Assembly (NCBI GenBank): GCA_020891255.1
Contig: BQFW01000014.1
Span: forward strand, 434,001 to 498,000
Direction: 5' to 3'
Origin: Entomortierella parvispora E1425
Taxonomy: Eukaryota; Fungi; Mortierellomycota
DNA length: 64,000 nt
Within the stretch, counting starts at the first letter, position 1, and each line of letters opens with the position of its first letter. The position numbers and the translations under genes are program-made. Positions 1 through 11,672 of this stretch are shown piece by piece. Below the pieces are notes generated by a model. It saw only the letters and a list, made by a program, of their open reading frames with translations. It made no database searches and was not told the origin of the DNA.

Positions 1-2
1 CC

Positions 3-89
3 TTTGCAAAGCCCGAACTTGAGATCCTCGCCATGTTTGAAGAAAAGGTGGTCTTTTATTTGAAGCGAGATCGCCAGAATGATCCATGA
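3..89 (+). CDS. Possible 3' end of an ORF entering from the left edge (FAKPELEILAMFEEKVVFYLKRDRQNDP*)
   Basis: Open frame 3-89 with protein-like composition ending in TGA; too short to assign. Confidence 0.2.
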   Translation, partial: FAKPELEILAMFEEKVVFYLKRDRQNDP

Positions 90-120
90 TCTAACAAGGG
101 CTCTACATGGTTTACTCCAC

Positions 121-331
121 TTACCGATCCTGCACTTGCCCTCCATACTTCCAGATCCTTTCCAGTTGGTCTACGAGACCTCCAGTACTGCACTAACCGA
201 TCCTGCACTTGCCCTCCATGCTTCCAGATCCTTCCAGTCAGCCTATGCCACCTCCAGTACTGTATTTACCGATCCTGCACTTGCCCTCTTGCTTTCAGAT
301 CCTTTCCAGTCAGCCTACGCGACCTCCAGTT
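121..331. repeat. Three-copy tandem repeat, unit 72-73 bp
   Basis: ACCGATCCTGCACTTGCCCTC recurs at 123, 196 and 268, each followed by CAGATCCTT(T)CCAGT...ACCTCCAGT. Confidence 0.9.
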
Positions 332-1235
332 CAGTCCTGATTCAGTGAAATAAACAGATTCTACCCCCTTGCCACTGCAGTCTACTTTTGTGAGGTTCCT
401 GACCCTGCGCTGCTATACAAATTTGAGTCCGATCGCTCTTCTCAGTACGAAGGTCTGACATCTAGAGCAAAACGCAATTTTAGTCATGTCGCCTCCAAAA
501 TGCCGAAAAAAAGCGCTCAAAGGACGCGTCTTTCCTCCACTCTCGCAGACAGCATGCTCCCCTCCAACCTATGGTCACGCTTTGCCCTGCCAAGCCTCAT
601 CCGAGTCCCGAGTCAAGTTTTTTTTATGGTCAAACACGTTTTCCTGGCTCGAGATGCTCGCCATTGGCCGCCTCCAAGCGCAAAGGCCTTCTCCCGAGTC
701 ATTTTTTGCCCTATGTGGGTTTGAAGGTGCCAGTTTCTGAAGGAATGCAGCCAGCCAGGACGTGAATGTAAATGAGCCAGATGAATCCTCGTCCATGAAT
801 GCGCCCATTCCGCCATGCGCCACTCATGTCTGCGACCATTCTTCGTCGAGATTCGAAAGAGAGAAGTTGCTTACATGGTTTACATGGTGCGTCATATTCA
901 AGGCGCTTTTTGCCTTTTTGGGATCGCCGGGAGGACCTTACAAGCCAACATGGGATTTGTGCATGAGGATGGAAGGGACATGGTATGGGAAGGGAGGAAA
1001 GGACAGGGAAGGGGAGGAGGGTATGTGGAAGGTGAAGGTGAGGGAAGTAGGTAAAAAAGAGAAATGCTTGCATGGGATTTATACGACAGGGAAAAAAACA
1101 AGGTTGATCGGGGTCCGTCCCTTTTCGTACAAATACCAGCCCTCGCCCACTTTTTTTTTGTTGTTCTTCATCGCATCTTGCCTTCTTCAAAGCAACTTCT
1201 CAACCACAAAACACCACTGCAAAGCCCTTCCTCCT

Positions 1236-1236
<1 letters not shown>

Positions 1237-1278
<42 letters not shown>

Positions 1279-1280
1279 CC
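1237..1280. repeat. (TGCC)11 microsatellite inside element copy 1
   Basis: Direct reading; the homologous site in copy 2 (53511-53542) has 8 units. Confidence 0.95.
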
Positions 1281-1469
1281 ATGTTTACCGTCTGCCGCCA
1301 CCACGAACTCAAGGCTTCCTGCCGCGGTCCTAGTCACCCTCCTTGGTGATCAAGCATCCGACCACCTCCTGCTTTCAAGACCTCTGGTGCATATCATCCT
1401 TGGCAACCAAGAGCAATCTCGTCCTTGGCCGGGCCTCCTTCCGCGACGATACCTCTGCTCGTCCATCTG

Positions 1470-2410
1470 CAAGAACAGCCGTCTTCCATTCGGCTCATTG
1501 GCCTCTTCCATTCCGCGTCAAGAACAAGACATTGGCCCGAGCCCGCCACCAAGAATCTTTCGCGACTGCTCTCTGCGGTTGCAAGAAAGGAACAAGGTTC
1601 TCTACTTGGTCCCTCGGGAGGGTCTTGAGCTTCCCTGCTGAAGCACTACCCTCTAGATACCATGGGAGTTCCTGGCGTGCTCAACGGCCCTTTTGGGCCT
1701 TGAGCGACTACCTGCGCCTCCTTTTGTCGTTGCTGACATGGTTCTGTACTTGGTTCCTCGGCGGGTATTGAGCTTCCTTTGTTGAAGAACTACCTGCCTG
1801 ACACCTTGATGAGTTCCTGGCGTGCTTCACCTGCGCCTTGCTTCTGCCTTTATTCTTGGTCTGGCCACCCCGTCTGCAAGAACAGCTGCCCTCCATTCAG
1901 CTCATTGGCCCGCCTCATTGGCCCGCCTCATTCGCGACCAAGTTCAAGACATTGGCCCGAGCCCGCCACCAAGAATCTTTCGCGACTGCTCTCCGCGGTT
2001 GCAAGAAAGGAACAGGGTTCTCTACTTGATCCCTCGGGAGGGTCTTGAGCTTCCTTGCTGAAGCACTACCCTCTAGATACCATGGGAGTTCCTGGCGTGC
2101 TCAACGGCCCTTTTGGGCCTTGAGCGACTACCTGCGCCTCCTTTTGCCGTTGCTGACATGGTTCTGTACCTGGTTCCTCGGCGGGTATTAAGCTTCCTTT
2201 GTTGAAGAACTACCTGCCTGACACCTTGATGAGTTCCTGGCGTGCTTCACCTGCGCCTTGCTTCTGCTTTCATTCTTGGTCTGGCCGCCTCGTTTGCAAG
2301 AACAGCTGCCCTCCATTCAGCTCATTGGCCCGCCTCAATGGCTCGCCTCATTCGCGACCATGTTCAAGACATTGCCTTGAGCCCGCCACCAAGAAATTTC
2401 GCGACTGCTC
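1470..2410. repeat. ~420-bp tandem repeat (about 2.2 copies) inside element copy 1
   Basis: CAAGACATTG(G)CC anchor at 1531, 1951 and 2371 (period 420); each unit contains two related ~80-bp sub-monomers ending GAGTTCCTGGCGTGCT. Confidence 0.9.
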
Positions 2411-2751
2411 CACAGCGGTCTGCCAAACAAAGTATCGACTCCTTGGTCCTTCTTTCCTTTCCTTAGTCCAGTAGCATGTGTGGTGTGTGGGGGGCCGTTT
2501 CTGTGGGCGCCAAGGGTATAACGTCTGGTTAGGAGTCAGGGCTCACGCTCTACAGTTACTTCCTTTGATACCTCACCTTGGGCCAAAGTGCAGAGCGGTG
2601 ACTAGATAGCCGGTTGGGTCGGGTCATGGTCATCACCATCAATCTTTCAAATACATTCATTTTCCAAACGGGTTCAAGAACCCTTTGCAAATCAACGTGT
2701 TTTCAAAAAAAAAAAAAAAAAAAAAAAAAAAAGCAATGATTCGATTTATTT

Positions 2752-4009
2752 TTACAGCTGATTCCCTGTCCGTCTTGCAGGTGTGTTGTCCGGAGAAGCG
2801 TGCAGTAAAGGTGTGCGTTCAGCAACTGTGAACGAACTGTACCCAAGCTTCTTTGCCCTATATCGATAGTGGATGCACTGACCCAGAAGAATACTTTGGA
2901 ATATGGCCGAGACAGCATAGACGATCCAGCTTGTCCAGTTGGCCGTTGGTCTCAGGGCAATGGAGACTGTCAAGAGGATAGTACTTGGTGTCTGAATGAG
3001 CATCCAAGGAATGCTCAAAGCACCAACGGACTTTGTAGTGTGGGCCATGGTTAGTTTTCTATACAATACATTGCAGCAAAGATTCGAGACTGCACCCTCT
3101 CACCTTGCGAAGATAGGTTTCGATCAATTGTGGAAGGTACTGGATCAAGGCCAGCAGCACGTTCAAGATGCCTAATAATCCAGCCCAAAGAACCAGGATC
3201 CAGTGGCTCGCAGACCCTTGTTGATCTCCACGGCCCAGAGCAGCAAGGAGGACGGCCGTCATGGTTGTGCACACCAGCAGATGGCCGAGGATTATTTTTC
3301 CAAAGAGCAGTGTCAGCGCCCACTCGAACGATCGAGATGGCAGACAGATCAGATGGAGGTTGTGGACAAAAGCATTCACCTTCTTGTGCGGCGGGAAGTA
3401 AACGGTGTAAAGAATAAACCTGTGAGAGCGTACAGCCGCAATAGCAGATTAGCTCTTGAAGTCTGTGAGGTTCTGTTTTCGCATAAATGAAATACATCTC
3501 GGACATACAGGACATTGAACATGATGAACTGGACACCGAGTTGACCGATCCCAAGAGTGTTTTCTAGACATAGCCCTGCACTCTAAAACAAATAAATCAA
3601 TGGTCAATCGCTGCAACATCCCAGTCATAACTGCCAGATAATCTTCAGGCAAGAAAGGCCATCCTACCACGGTTTTGCAACACCGAACCACTGGCCATTG
3701 AAGGATCAGCAGGTTGAGAAACGATGAAGTTGCGGACAGACATCCCAATAGTAGGAACCAGGGACTAAAACCATCACTATTCTTCTTGTGGATGATGCGA
3801 TAAACCTATGGGGTCAAGGTTATTCAAGTTAGAGTGCTGCCAGGATCATCTCCGTTCGTACCTGCATCGATTGATAAATTCCTCCCAACTCTTACCTGAG
3901 GTACGTAGGAGATTAACAAACCAAAAAGCACTACGACGGATAGGACCAGTTCTCCAGTCCGCCGCCTTTGTGGACACTCGTACGGCGCGGCATTAAGATA
4001 GTCGGACAT
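2752..4009 (-). CDS. PQ-loop repeat membrane protein (spliced)
   Basis: Exons join to MSDYLNAAPYECPQRRRTGELVLSVVVLFGLLISYVPQ|VYRIIHKKNSDGFSPWFLLLG..., second repeat LLNVLLALIQYLPQLIETYLRK, C-terminus AERTPLL...GNQL*; GT-AG introns. Confidence 0.85.
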
Positions 4010-4524
4010 GGTGTTGTGTTGACTACAAGGTCTTGAGGCAGGTTGGGAACCAGTGGAGGGGAAAAGAAAGAAGGCGGGCTGAAGAGGAGAAATAAAGAGA
4101 AGAAACATTGGCCTCTGCACCACATGGTGAAGAGTCGCAAGCCCCTGAATATGCTCGGCGTATTGTTGTCAGATGAACACACCACCATTTGACCATACCT
4201 TCCATTCTCGTCTATCCTTCCTCCGTACTTTCTTCCAACGACCACGCTTGTCTACCAAATGCGGACACCCCTTCAGACGTTCGCGAGGGGCGTCGCGGTT
4301 TCTCACATGGCAATGGTTAGAGTATATCGGCCATATGAAGCGTCGGTTGAAATTTGCGCGTCAGTGCCGTGTCTGTCGTCCACTGTTTTTGACAGTCATG
4401 AATCAAAAATTGTAAACAAGCCTCTTTTTTTTGACCATTGGCCAGACAGGGTTCATGCCAGTTCCTTTACTCATTCTTCACAGCGCCGACTCAGGAAGCA
4501 GACAACAGCAGCACTCATTACACA

Positions 4525-6484
4525 ATGTCTGACGAAGCAGGCTCGAGCAGCAACGGCAGCAGTAGCAACCGTGCCCCCCCTGCCGCTGGCAGTATCGGCT
4601 CCCTTCATACCCACACCACCCCTGCTGGCCGACTGCCTTCTCTTCGAGGAGGACGTGGTGGTGCAACAGCTTCCACCCGCGGTGGTGCCACAAAGGTACT
4701 GCGAGTTTATATGGAAGACCCCAATGGATGGTGGCCATGGACAGAACGGCAGCGTTTTTTGACTTGAAATTGAATGAATGGAGCCTTCATGGGAATCCTG
4801 TTGACCAACATGTGTGGACCTGTCTTGCCTCGGCATTGCTTTAGCTCAAGTTTGCCCCCACCGTCCCAACCAAGCGTAACAAGAAGGATGCGTAAGTATT
4901 TGAACCGACAAACTGTGCTGATAGACAACTGGAAGCCCCTGGCTAACCTCGCTCCCTGATACATGCTCATAGATCACTCTCATTGCTGGAAGAAGCCAAA
5001 GCCTCGAGTTCAGAAAGTGGAGCGGTAATAGACTCTTGAGCATGCAATAACAGGGAAGACAGGCAGTCGAAGGCGTAGCAGCAGTATGACTCATAAGTTT
5101 GTTTTTACTTTGAAAAATCGCTAGTTCCGTGGACGTGGCGAGAGAGGCAGAGGAGGACGCGGTCGTGGCAGAGGAGGTCGTTTTGAAGATGCCGTAGCTA
5201 CTGCTTCAGGACCCTTCTCACTGGGACCTGCAGCTGCTGGTAAGAGCCAATGATGAAAGCATGCCTTGATGATCTATTAAAGCACCTGATGCCGGAAAAC
5301 TAACTTGTTGTCTTCTCCGTCCATTTTGATAGCTCGATCCAGAGCCGTTGCGGTCGGTGGTGGAGCCAGTGGAGCACATTCGAGCTATACAGGAGTTAAG
5401 GCCTTGAAGGTCGAGTCAGGCGAGGGCATGTCGGGAGAAGACCGTGATTTCTATGGAGATGCAGCTGTGGATTTGAAGTTTGGTTCTGTCGCAACCGACG
5501 CTTCTGTCCCTACAGGCTTGGATAGTGTCGATACCAAAGATAGCAAAATGAAAGAACAGGACATGGACAAGAAATTCAAAAAGGATGAGATCAAAACCTT
5601 TGAAGGAACAGAGGAGGATAGAGCAGGTGAGTTTACGCGGTCCCATTCTTCTCAACGAGGACAATGCCTTTATCGAGCTCATAACTAACAACTTTGATAT
5701 AATCGTAGATGAGGAAGATGAGGACGTCAAGATCAAAATGGAGGGACCAGCTGGAGATCTTTTGCCTTCTGTAAGTGGTCATCTGTTATTTTAAGCAGTC
5801 GAAGCGTTGAGACTTTTCATCCTGGCGCCATCACGATCTTTGCTCTAACCCCATCTCTACTTTTCAAATGCTTTCTAGTGGGTGGAAGATCAAATGTACT
5901 TTTTCCAGTTCCCCAGTGTCATGCCAGCATTCAAACCAAGACCTGTTACTGCAGTTCCCATGTCTTCTGTCTCTTCCTCATCAGCATCATCTCCAGGAGC
6001 GTCAACAGCCAGTGGAGATACGGACGACAGCCTCATGGAAGTAAAGCCAGAGCCCATGGACGTTGACAGACCCATCTTGATCCCCGATAACGACCTCTTG
6101 TCGGTCAAGGCCGAACCTCAAGATACTCGCTTGGGAGCACTATCGGGAGCAGGTTCCTCTGCACCTGATGGCCAACGTGCGCGCTCAAAGGCTGTTGGAG
6201 GAGCTGCAAAGCAGGCAGAAAAGAACGAGGTAGAGGAGAGTCATTTGCAACAAGAAGGCAAGATTGGACGGTTACTGATTTACAAGTCTGGCAAGGTCAA
6301 GATGAAGGTGGGCGATATTGTTATGGACGTCTCCTCTGGCTCCGAGTGTTCCTTCTTGCAGGATGTTGTGGTGGTGGACTCTAACAACAAGCAGGCATTC
6401 GTAATGGGATCGGTCCAAAAGCGGATGGTTTGCGTCCCTAACCTGACTCAACTATTGAATGGTTTGGAGGCTTCGGACGTGTAG
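4525..6484 (+). CDS. RPC4: RNA polymerase III subunit RPC4 (Rpc53-like), multi-exon
   Basis: N-terminal RG-rich region, KFAPTVPTKRNKK exon, YFFQFP motif and C-terminal EGKIGRLLIYKSGKVKMKVGDIVMDVSSGSECSFLQDVV typical of the RNA_pol_Rpc4 domain. Confidence 0.9.
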
Positions 6485-6712
6485 TTTCTCATGGAAGGGA
6501 CAAAGCACAACCATCCACGAACAAAAAAACAAGACTATTAAAACTGTAACAATTCTAACAAGAGCTCGATCTGACATGCAGCACTTTGAACAGGATGGTG
6601 AAAAGAAAAAATAATGTGATATTTTCGTGGAGTCCGACTAGTTTGATATGACGAACCCAGCCTCATTCTGCAGAGCTCTGCTACTTTCATCTATGTTTGA
6701 TTCGTTTCGTTC

Positions 6713-7186
6713 TTAAAAGACGCCCTTCTTGTCACCAAATCTCAGTCCAAAGTTGATGAGAATAGCGACCAAGATAAAGACGCAGAGGATTGTAGGACCA
6801 AAGCGGTCATCATAAGGACCGGGCAATCTCTTTCGGATCCTGTCTGCTCTCCAGTGGAAGGTCATCAGGGCATAGATCATGACAACGACGGCGACGAATG
6901 TGAAGACACCGGCCGAGATGCGACCGATCCTGTCGCCAAAGTTCAAAAGACCGATGGCCAGAGAGCCCAGGAGCACTGTGAAATTGAGCCAGGAGAGAAA
7001 TGTACGCTCATTGGCAAAGAAGACCTTGGGCTCGACTCGAATGGGGAGCGCGATCCGTTTTCCGGGTGTTGCCTGGAGCAAGGGCTGAGTCGATGAGGGT
7101 GGGGGCATCACGGCGCTGTGGATGTGTTGACCCGATCTACCAGCGCCAACGCCGGCGGCAGAAGATCCTGATCCTGGTGCTGACAT
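6713..7186 (-). CDS. VTC1: Vacuolar transporter chaperone 1 (DUF202 family)
   Basis: [28 protein letters not shown]...[14 protein letters not shown] with three TM helices; single exon. Confidence 0.95.
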   Translation of the reverse strand: MSAPGSGSSAAGVGAGRSGQHIHSAVMPPPSSTQPLLQATPGKRIALPIRVEPKVFFANERTFLSWLNFTVLLGSLAIGLLNFGDRIGRISAGVFTFVAVVVMIYALMTFHWRADRIRKRLPGPYDDRFGPTILCVFILVAILINFGLRFGDKKGVF

Positions 7187-7207
7187 TTTTGTTTGTTAGT
7201 CCGTTGC

Positions 7208-7236
7208 TGTTGTTGTTGTTGTTGTTGTTGTTGTTG
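7208..7236. repeat. (GTT)n microsatellite in the VTC1 5' region
   Basis: Run of GTT/TTG triplets read directly. Confidence 0.85.
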
Positions 7237-8094
7237 CAGTTGATCCTCTGATCCTTGTTTTTTTGTGTTGTTTGTTCAGAAGTGCACAGCTGTCGTCAAT
7301 GTGATTCGTCGTTTTTTTTTTTTTTTTTCTTCCTGGGGTCAGTCCTAGGGACTTTTTCGTGGTGAGGAAAAAAATCGCGTTAGTTATGAATGATGACATA
7401 CTGCATTCAGTTGTATTGTAGAGTGCGGACCATGTACATTGTCTGCCCATCAGTGGCTTCTCTCATCCAGGTAAAGACTTTTTTCTTCCGTGAAAAGGAC
7501 TCATTCCCTGGTAAAGCATGCATTCCATGGCCCTCCCTCCATGAATTGTCAAACCCCTTCCGCTACCATTTTGGCAGAATCGATTCCCAAAAGTTGTGCG
7601 CATGTCCATTGTGGTCCATCCATCCAAAGAAGAAGGTAAAAGATGTGGGCATTCTTGTCTACTTACAACGCAATGATAGAATGGAGTGCGGTTGGGTTGG
7701 TCGGGTTTGCTGGTTGACAAGGCTAAAACGCAACGGTGCGGGCAGAGAGGAAATGGAAAATTGCTTCGTGACTGGCGCTTGATCGACACCAGCAAAAAAA
7801 AACTGGAATCGCTCTCTTTTCTTTTCTTTCCAGCATGCAAAAAGGTATTGGTACAATATATTTTTTTTCAGCCGGCTTGCAATGGCTTGCTTGTCTATGA
7901 GAAGTGGGAGTGTGTCGATCTACAGGGCGGAAATGTATAAGAGGTAATTGGGTGCTAATGGTGGGATGATTATGTGGTGGAAGGAAGAAATATAATAAAA
8001 GTACAAAAGGGCGACAGAGCGTGATCCCCTGACACGCGCGCCCTTTGGAGAACGGAAGAGTCGCAACTTTTCAAATAGTTGATTGGTTTTTCCT

Positions 8095-11026
8095 TTAGGA
8101 AGTGTGCACAGAAGGCCATCCGTTCTAGACAAGGGGCAAGGAAACATGTTAGTCCAAGCAGTTCTTTTGTGAGAAGTTTTTGCAGAAGAAAGCAGGGGGA
8201 TGGGGCTGAATACTTACAAAAGGATGACGCCAACCGCACTGGAATTGGCTAGGATGGTACCCTTCGCCGCTGGTTGAGGAGTTATAACCAAGATGCCCTT
8301 GAAGCAAGGTCTTGCTCACCACGAGCGTATCTGCACAGCTGGAGCAATAGTCGTGCTTCCCCAAGATGCAATTCTGTAGACTGATATCAGGTGGCGTCGC
8401 TCTTTCACCGCGGGCCTCAACATGCATGTCATTTTCGAGGATGAACGTTGCCGTCAACGCCACAGATCGCTTAAAGATCAGCCCGCTGCCTCCAGTTGCT
8501 ACGAAGACACCGCAGTGCTCAGGCACAGTCTGATGGGCCAGGTAGATCGTATTCAGCATCTCCTGCCAGCCACCCTCACAGAATGGGAAATCGTCTTCCA
8601 TGATGCCCAGATAGACGGTATCTTCCACGGAGCCGACCTTGCGAATGGCACTAATTAGATGCTTGCGTTGATTCTTTTCAAATCCCTCCTGTCGGATCCA
8701 CTTGACATGTTTCCGGGCTGTAGGTATCGTCTCAAAGTACTCCTTTGCTTCGTCAAAGGCAGGGAAATCGGTGAAGTGAGTGTACACCACGATTTGGATA
8801 CGAGAGTACAATGGATCTACAACCTCATCAGGGAAGCTGGCCAAATAGGACGACAGTGTCTGTTTGATGTACGCGACATTGTTGCGCCTGGGCGCCGTCA
8901 TGATGATAAGAGTGAGCAAGAAGGGCGTAGCAGGCTCAATGGTCGTGTTCAGGAGCTCATTCGAGACATCCGGACGGTAAGTGTGGATCTGGTTGCATCC
9001 AATCAAGACCAGAACGAGAACTGTGATCAGAGGCAAGACATACGAGACAGTCTTCCAAAGGGTAACTGAAAGCCTCTTTTCCCGAGAAGATCCACCCGAG
9101 ATCCCAACTGAAACAGATTCGTGAAAGTATGCCTGTGCAGACTCAGAAGAGTGACGGACGTGCTCTTTTGTAACAGCCTGGCGATGATAGTCTTTCTCAT
9201 CGCTGTCATCCTCGAACCCTGTATTCTCCCAGAGGAGCTTCTCGACTGTCGAAGTTTTGACTTTGCCGCCCCAGCGTCCCATCCTGCGTTGGTACGAGAC
9301 CACGAGAGCGACCAAGAACCCGCCCAAAAGCCCACTGACAGCCCACCATACGATCGTCTTTGGAATAACGTTGAACAGGGAGAGAATGGTCTGGAGGTAG
9401 ATCCGACGGATAGCAAAATGGGATCCTGTATTGGAGCCATACTCGGCCATTGATGGAGAGGTGGTTTCTGGGAACAGCGCCTGCACAACCAGCAGAGCAA
9501 AGAGGAAAGGCGAGAGTCCTATTAGAGCACGTTGAACAATTAGTGATGATACCAACGGAGGTTCATGTCAAAAGTCTGCAGGACTCTAATAAATGGAGAA
9601 ATCCTTCCCACTCCTCCACTCCATGTCCACCAAACCCTCACCCCGCCCGTTAATATAATATATCTCGTGCGCACTGCTCAAGGGCGATCGAAGCTTTGCC
9701 CGCTGTACCCACTTTGCCCTCTGTGTCCTGGTTTGTTGGCTGGAAAAGGCAATTCGGCCGTCATAGTGTTTGTGCTGCCGCATGCTGACAATGCTTTGCG
9801 TCCGTGCTGTCGACGGTGCCGTCATGCTGGGCTGCTGGCGATGCGAGGTGCAAAAATAGACCTCATAGGTCATAAATAGCACACTGTCAGCAATCAGCCT
9901 TGACGGGACCTTGACGCGCCAATGTCCTCATTCATTCCATTCTACACCACCGATCGTGGCTCGTGTCTGGACCAACACCTTGCACTGGTGGCAGCAATGC
10001 TCCTTTTTTGGGTTCATGCTGCAGGCGATTTGTTTGTTTGAATGTGTATCGATGCGGTCCGTTCATGTTGGCATCTTGTCAACAAATGTCAAACTCGACC
10101 AAGATGTCGGTGCAATTGAGCATGTCCTGATCCTGATGAAACCCCTCCCATTGTCCTCCCTCCTGTCCTCTTGTGCTCATCTTTTCAACTGCTCATTCAC
10201 CATCTTAAACTTTGGCTCATTACTGTGAGAAAAAAAAAATCATAATAAAAAGAAGCTTACCTAGGTTACACTCCAGCATCGAGTCGCTGAAGAAGAGCGC
10301 TGGTACTTGCCATCCAAAGGCTCTTGAAAAGTTGATGCCCAACAGTTGACGGATAGTTAGCACGAGTGCAAAGATTGTGAGCAACACTGTCCGAAAGACT
10401 TTGGCCCCATTGCCATTGAAAACGGCCGTCAGTCGCTCCTCAAAGAGAGCCAAAGAGATCAGATTAGACGCTCCCAAGAGAATCGACGTGCCCAAGGTTT
10501 GATGGGCGCCTGCCAATAGTGTTGGGGTCAAAGGGATCACAAACGGGGAAGCCAGCATGGCTGCAAACCGCCCCGTATAATAGACATGCGATGGCGCGGA
10601 GCAGTGGTCCGGAAAGGAACCCCAGATCGAAGACAGTGTCAGTAGAAAGGTCACTGCCAGAACGATCCTCGTTGTGGGTTGGAGAAATAGAAGTGAGACG
10701 AGAGTTTGGATCGGAGATGCGGTGGAGGCGGCAAAGTCTGGCGAGGGTGCTCCGGAGCAAATAGAGACGGTGGTGGAGTTGTGGAGAGAGGCTGGTATTG
10801 ATGGAGGTGGTGATCCGTATGGCTTCTGATGTTGAAAGGGGGAGGTAGGCGAGTCTGGGGGAGTCGGCACAGAGGACGAAGGAGGTGCGGGGGAGGATGC
10901 TCTGGTGGACGGTGAAGATGCTATTGAGGATGCATAGGAGACGAAGGCCGTGTTTGAATGTGGATTGAGGTGTTGAGAGGAGAGCGGGGTCGGACTCCTT
11001 TGCAGGGTCGACTGCAATGTTGACAT
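8095..11026 (-). CDS. Multi-pass membrane protein fused to a C-terminal GT54/MGAT4-like glycosyltransferase domain (three-exon model)
   Basis: Exon 11026-10261 ends CTA G|gtaagc (phase 1) and exon 9518-8219 starts ag|GA CTC TCG (phase 1), giving ECNLGLSPFLFALL; GT motifs LTLIIMTAPRRNNVAYIKQTLSS and YLGIMEDDFPFC; short last exon NGWPSVHTS*. The GT domain is secure; the fusion is less so. Confidence 0.65.
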
Positions 11027-11672
11027 TGGGAAGAGTGAAGAGGTGAGGTATGAACGTGCGATCAGAAGAGAAGGATGAGCGAATGAATGAGGAATGACGA
11101 GAGCAAGAAGAGGAGATCTAAAAAGTTGAGAGAGAAAGATAAAAAAAAAAAAAGACACTCAAAAGGAAAGGAAGCGCTGCCTGTGACATTCCTTCACTCT
11201 CATTTTTTCGGTGTCCGCTGGTGGTGTTTGCTCCCACAGCCTAGAAGTCATTTTTCTCGTTCCCCGCACAAGTGCACATCGACACTACATTTAGCACAAC
11301 GGATTGCAGCGTTGCCTCGTGTCATCGCTGGTTGCCTCTGGCGTCATTCTTTCGTCTTGCGAGGCAGAAAAGATGCACAAAGAGGATCCCGTCCAACAGA
11401 CTCCCTGGTCTCACAGTCTCACACAGTCTGCGGGGTCGTCTCAGAGCAAGGCAAGAGCACAAGTCCAGAAATGCAGCACAGCCTGCCTGTCGCACAGCCA
11501 CGCAGCCACCAACTTGTTCGACGCGACCCGATCGGAGGAGTGCAGTGCGTGTGCACCTTACGTGGACTCTCTCGGCCGTTCTTTGCTCTCGCCTCTTTTC
11601 TCTTTGGCCGTTCGTTTTCTTCTCTTTCTTCTGCATCTTCATACCCTCTCACCTACCGCCACAGCCCCGCCA

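Larger units (their letters stand above)
479..2732 (+). mobile_element. ~2.25-kb interspersed non-coding element, copy 1 (poly(A)-tailed, probably a non-autonomous retroelement)
   Basis: Near-identical reverse-complement copy at 52056-54302, from TTT(T/C)AGTCATGTCGCCTCCAAAATGCCG to CTTTCAAATACATTCATTTTCCAAA...; A28 at 2705-2732; no RT, transposase or recombinase ORF; no convincing TIR, LTR or TSD. Confidence 0.75.

Noticed and set aside
121-331. CRISPR-like array
   Set aside because: Units are contiguous diverged repeats without unique spacers, and the context is eukaryotic.
2505-2605. tRNA or HDV/hammerhead ribozyme at the element 3' end
   Set aside because: No T-loop/B-box, no CUGANGA/GAAA core, and the HDV P1.1/J4-2 elements do not fit; kept only as a generic structure candidate.
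479-2732. The many 60-270-aa ORFs inside both element copies
   Set aside because: Stops recur in every frame, ORF lengths differ between copies, and there is no recognisable domain.
479-2732. RIP-like mutation signature between the copies
   Set aside because: Differences inspected by eye include transversions and transitions in both directions; no clear C-to-T bias.
11304-11672. 123-aa N-terminal extension of the PPPDE protein in the ORF track
   Set aside because: Starts at TTG and runs through promoter and TC-rich leader; the conserved domain begins at ATG 11673.
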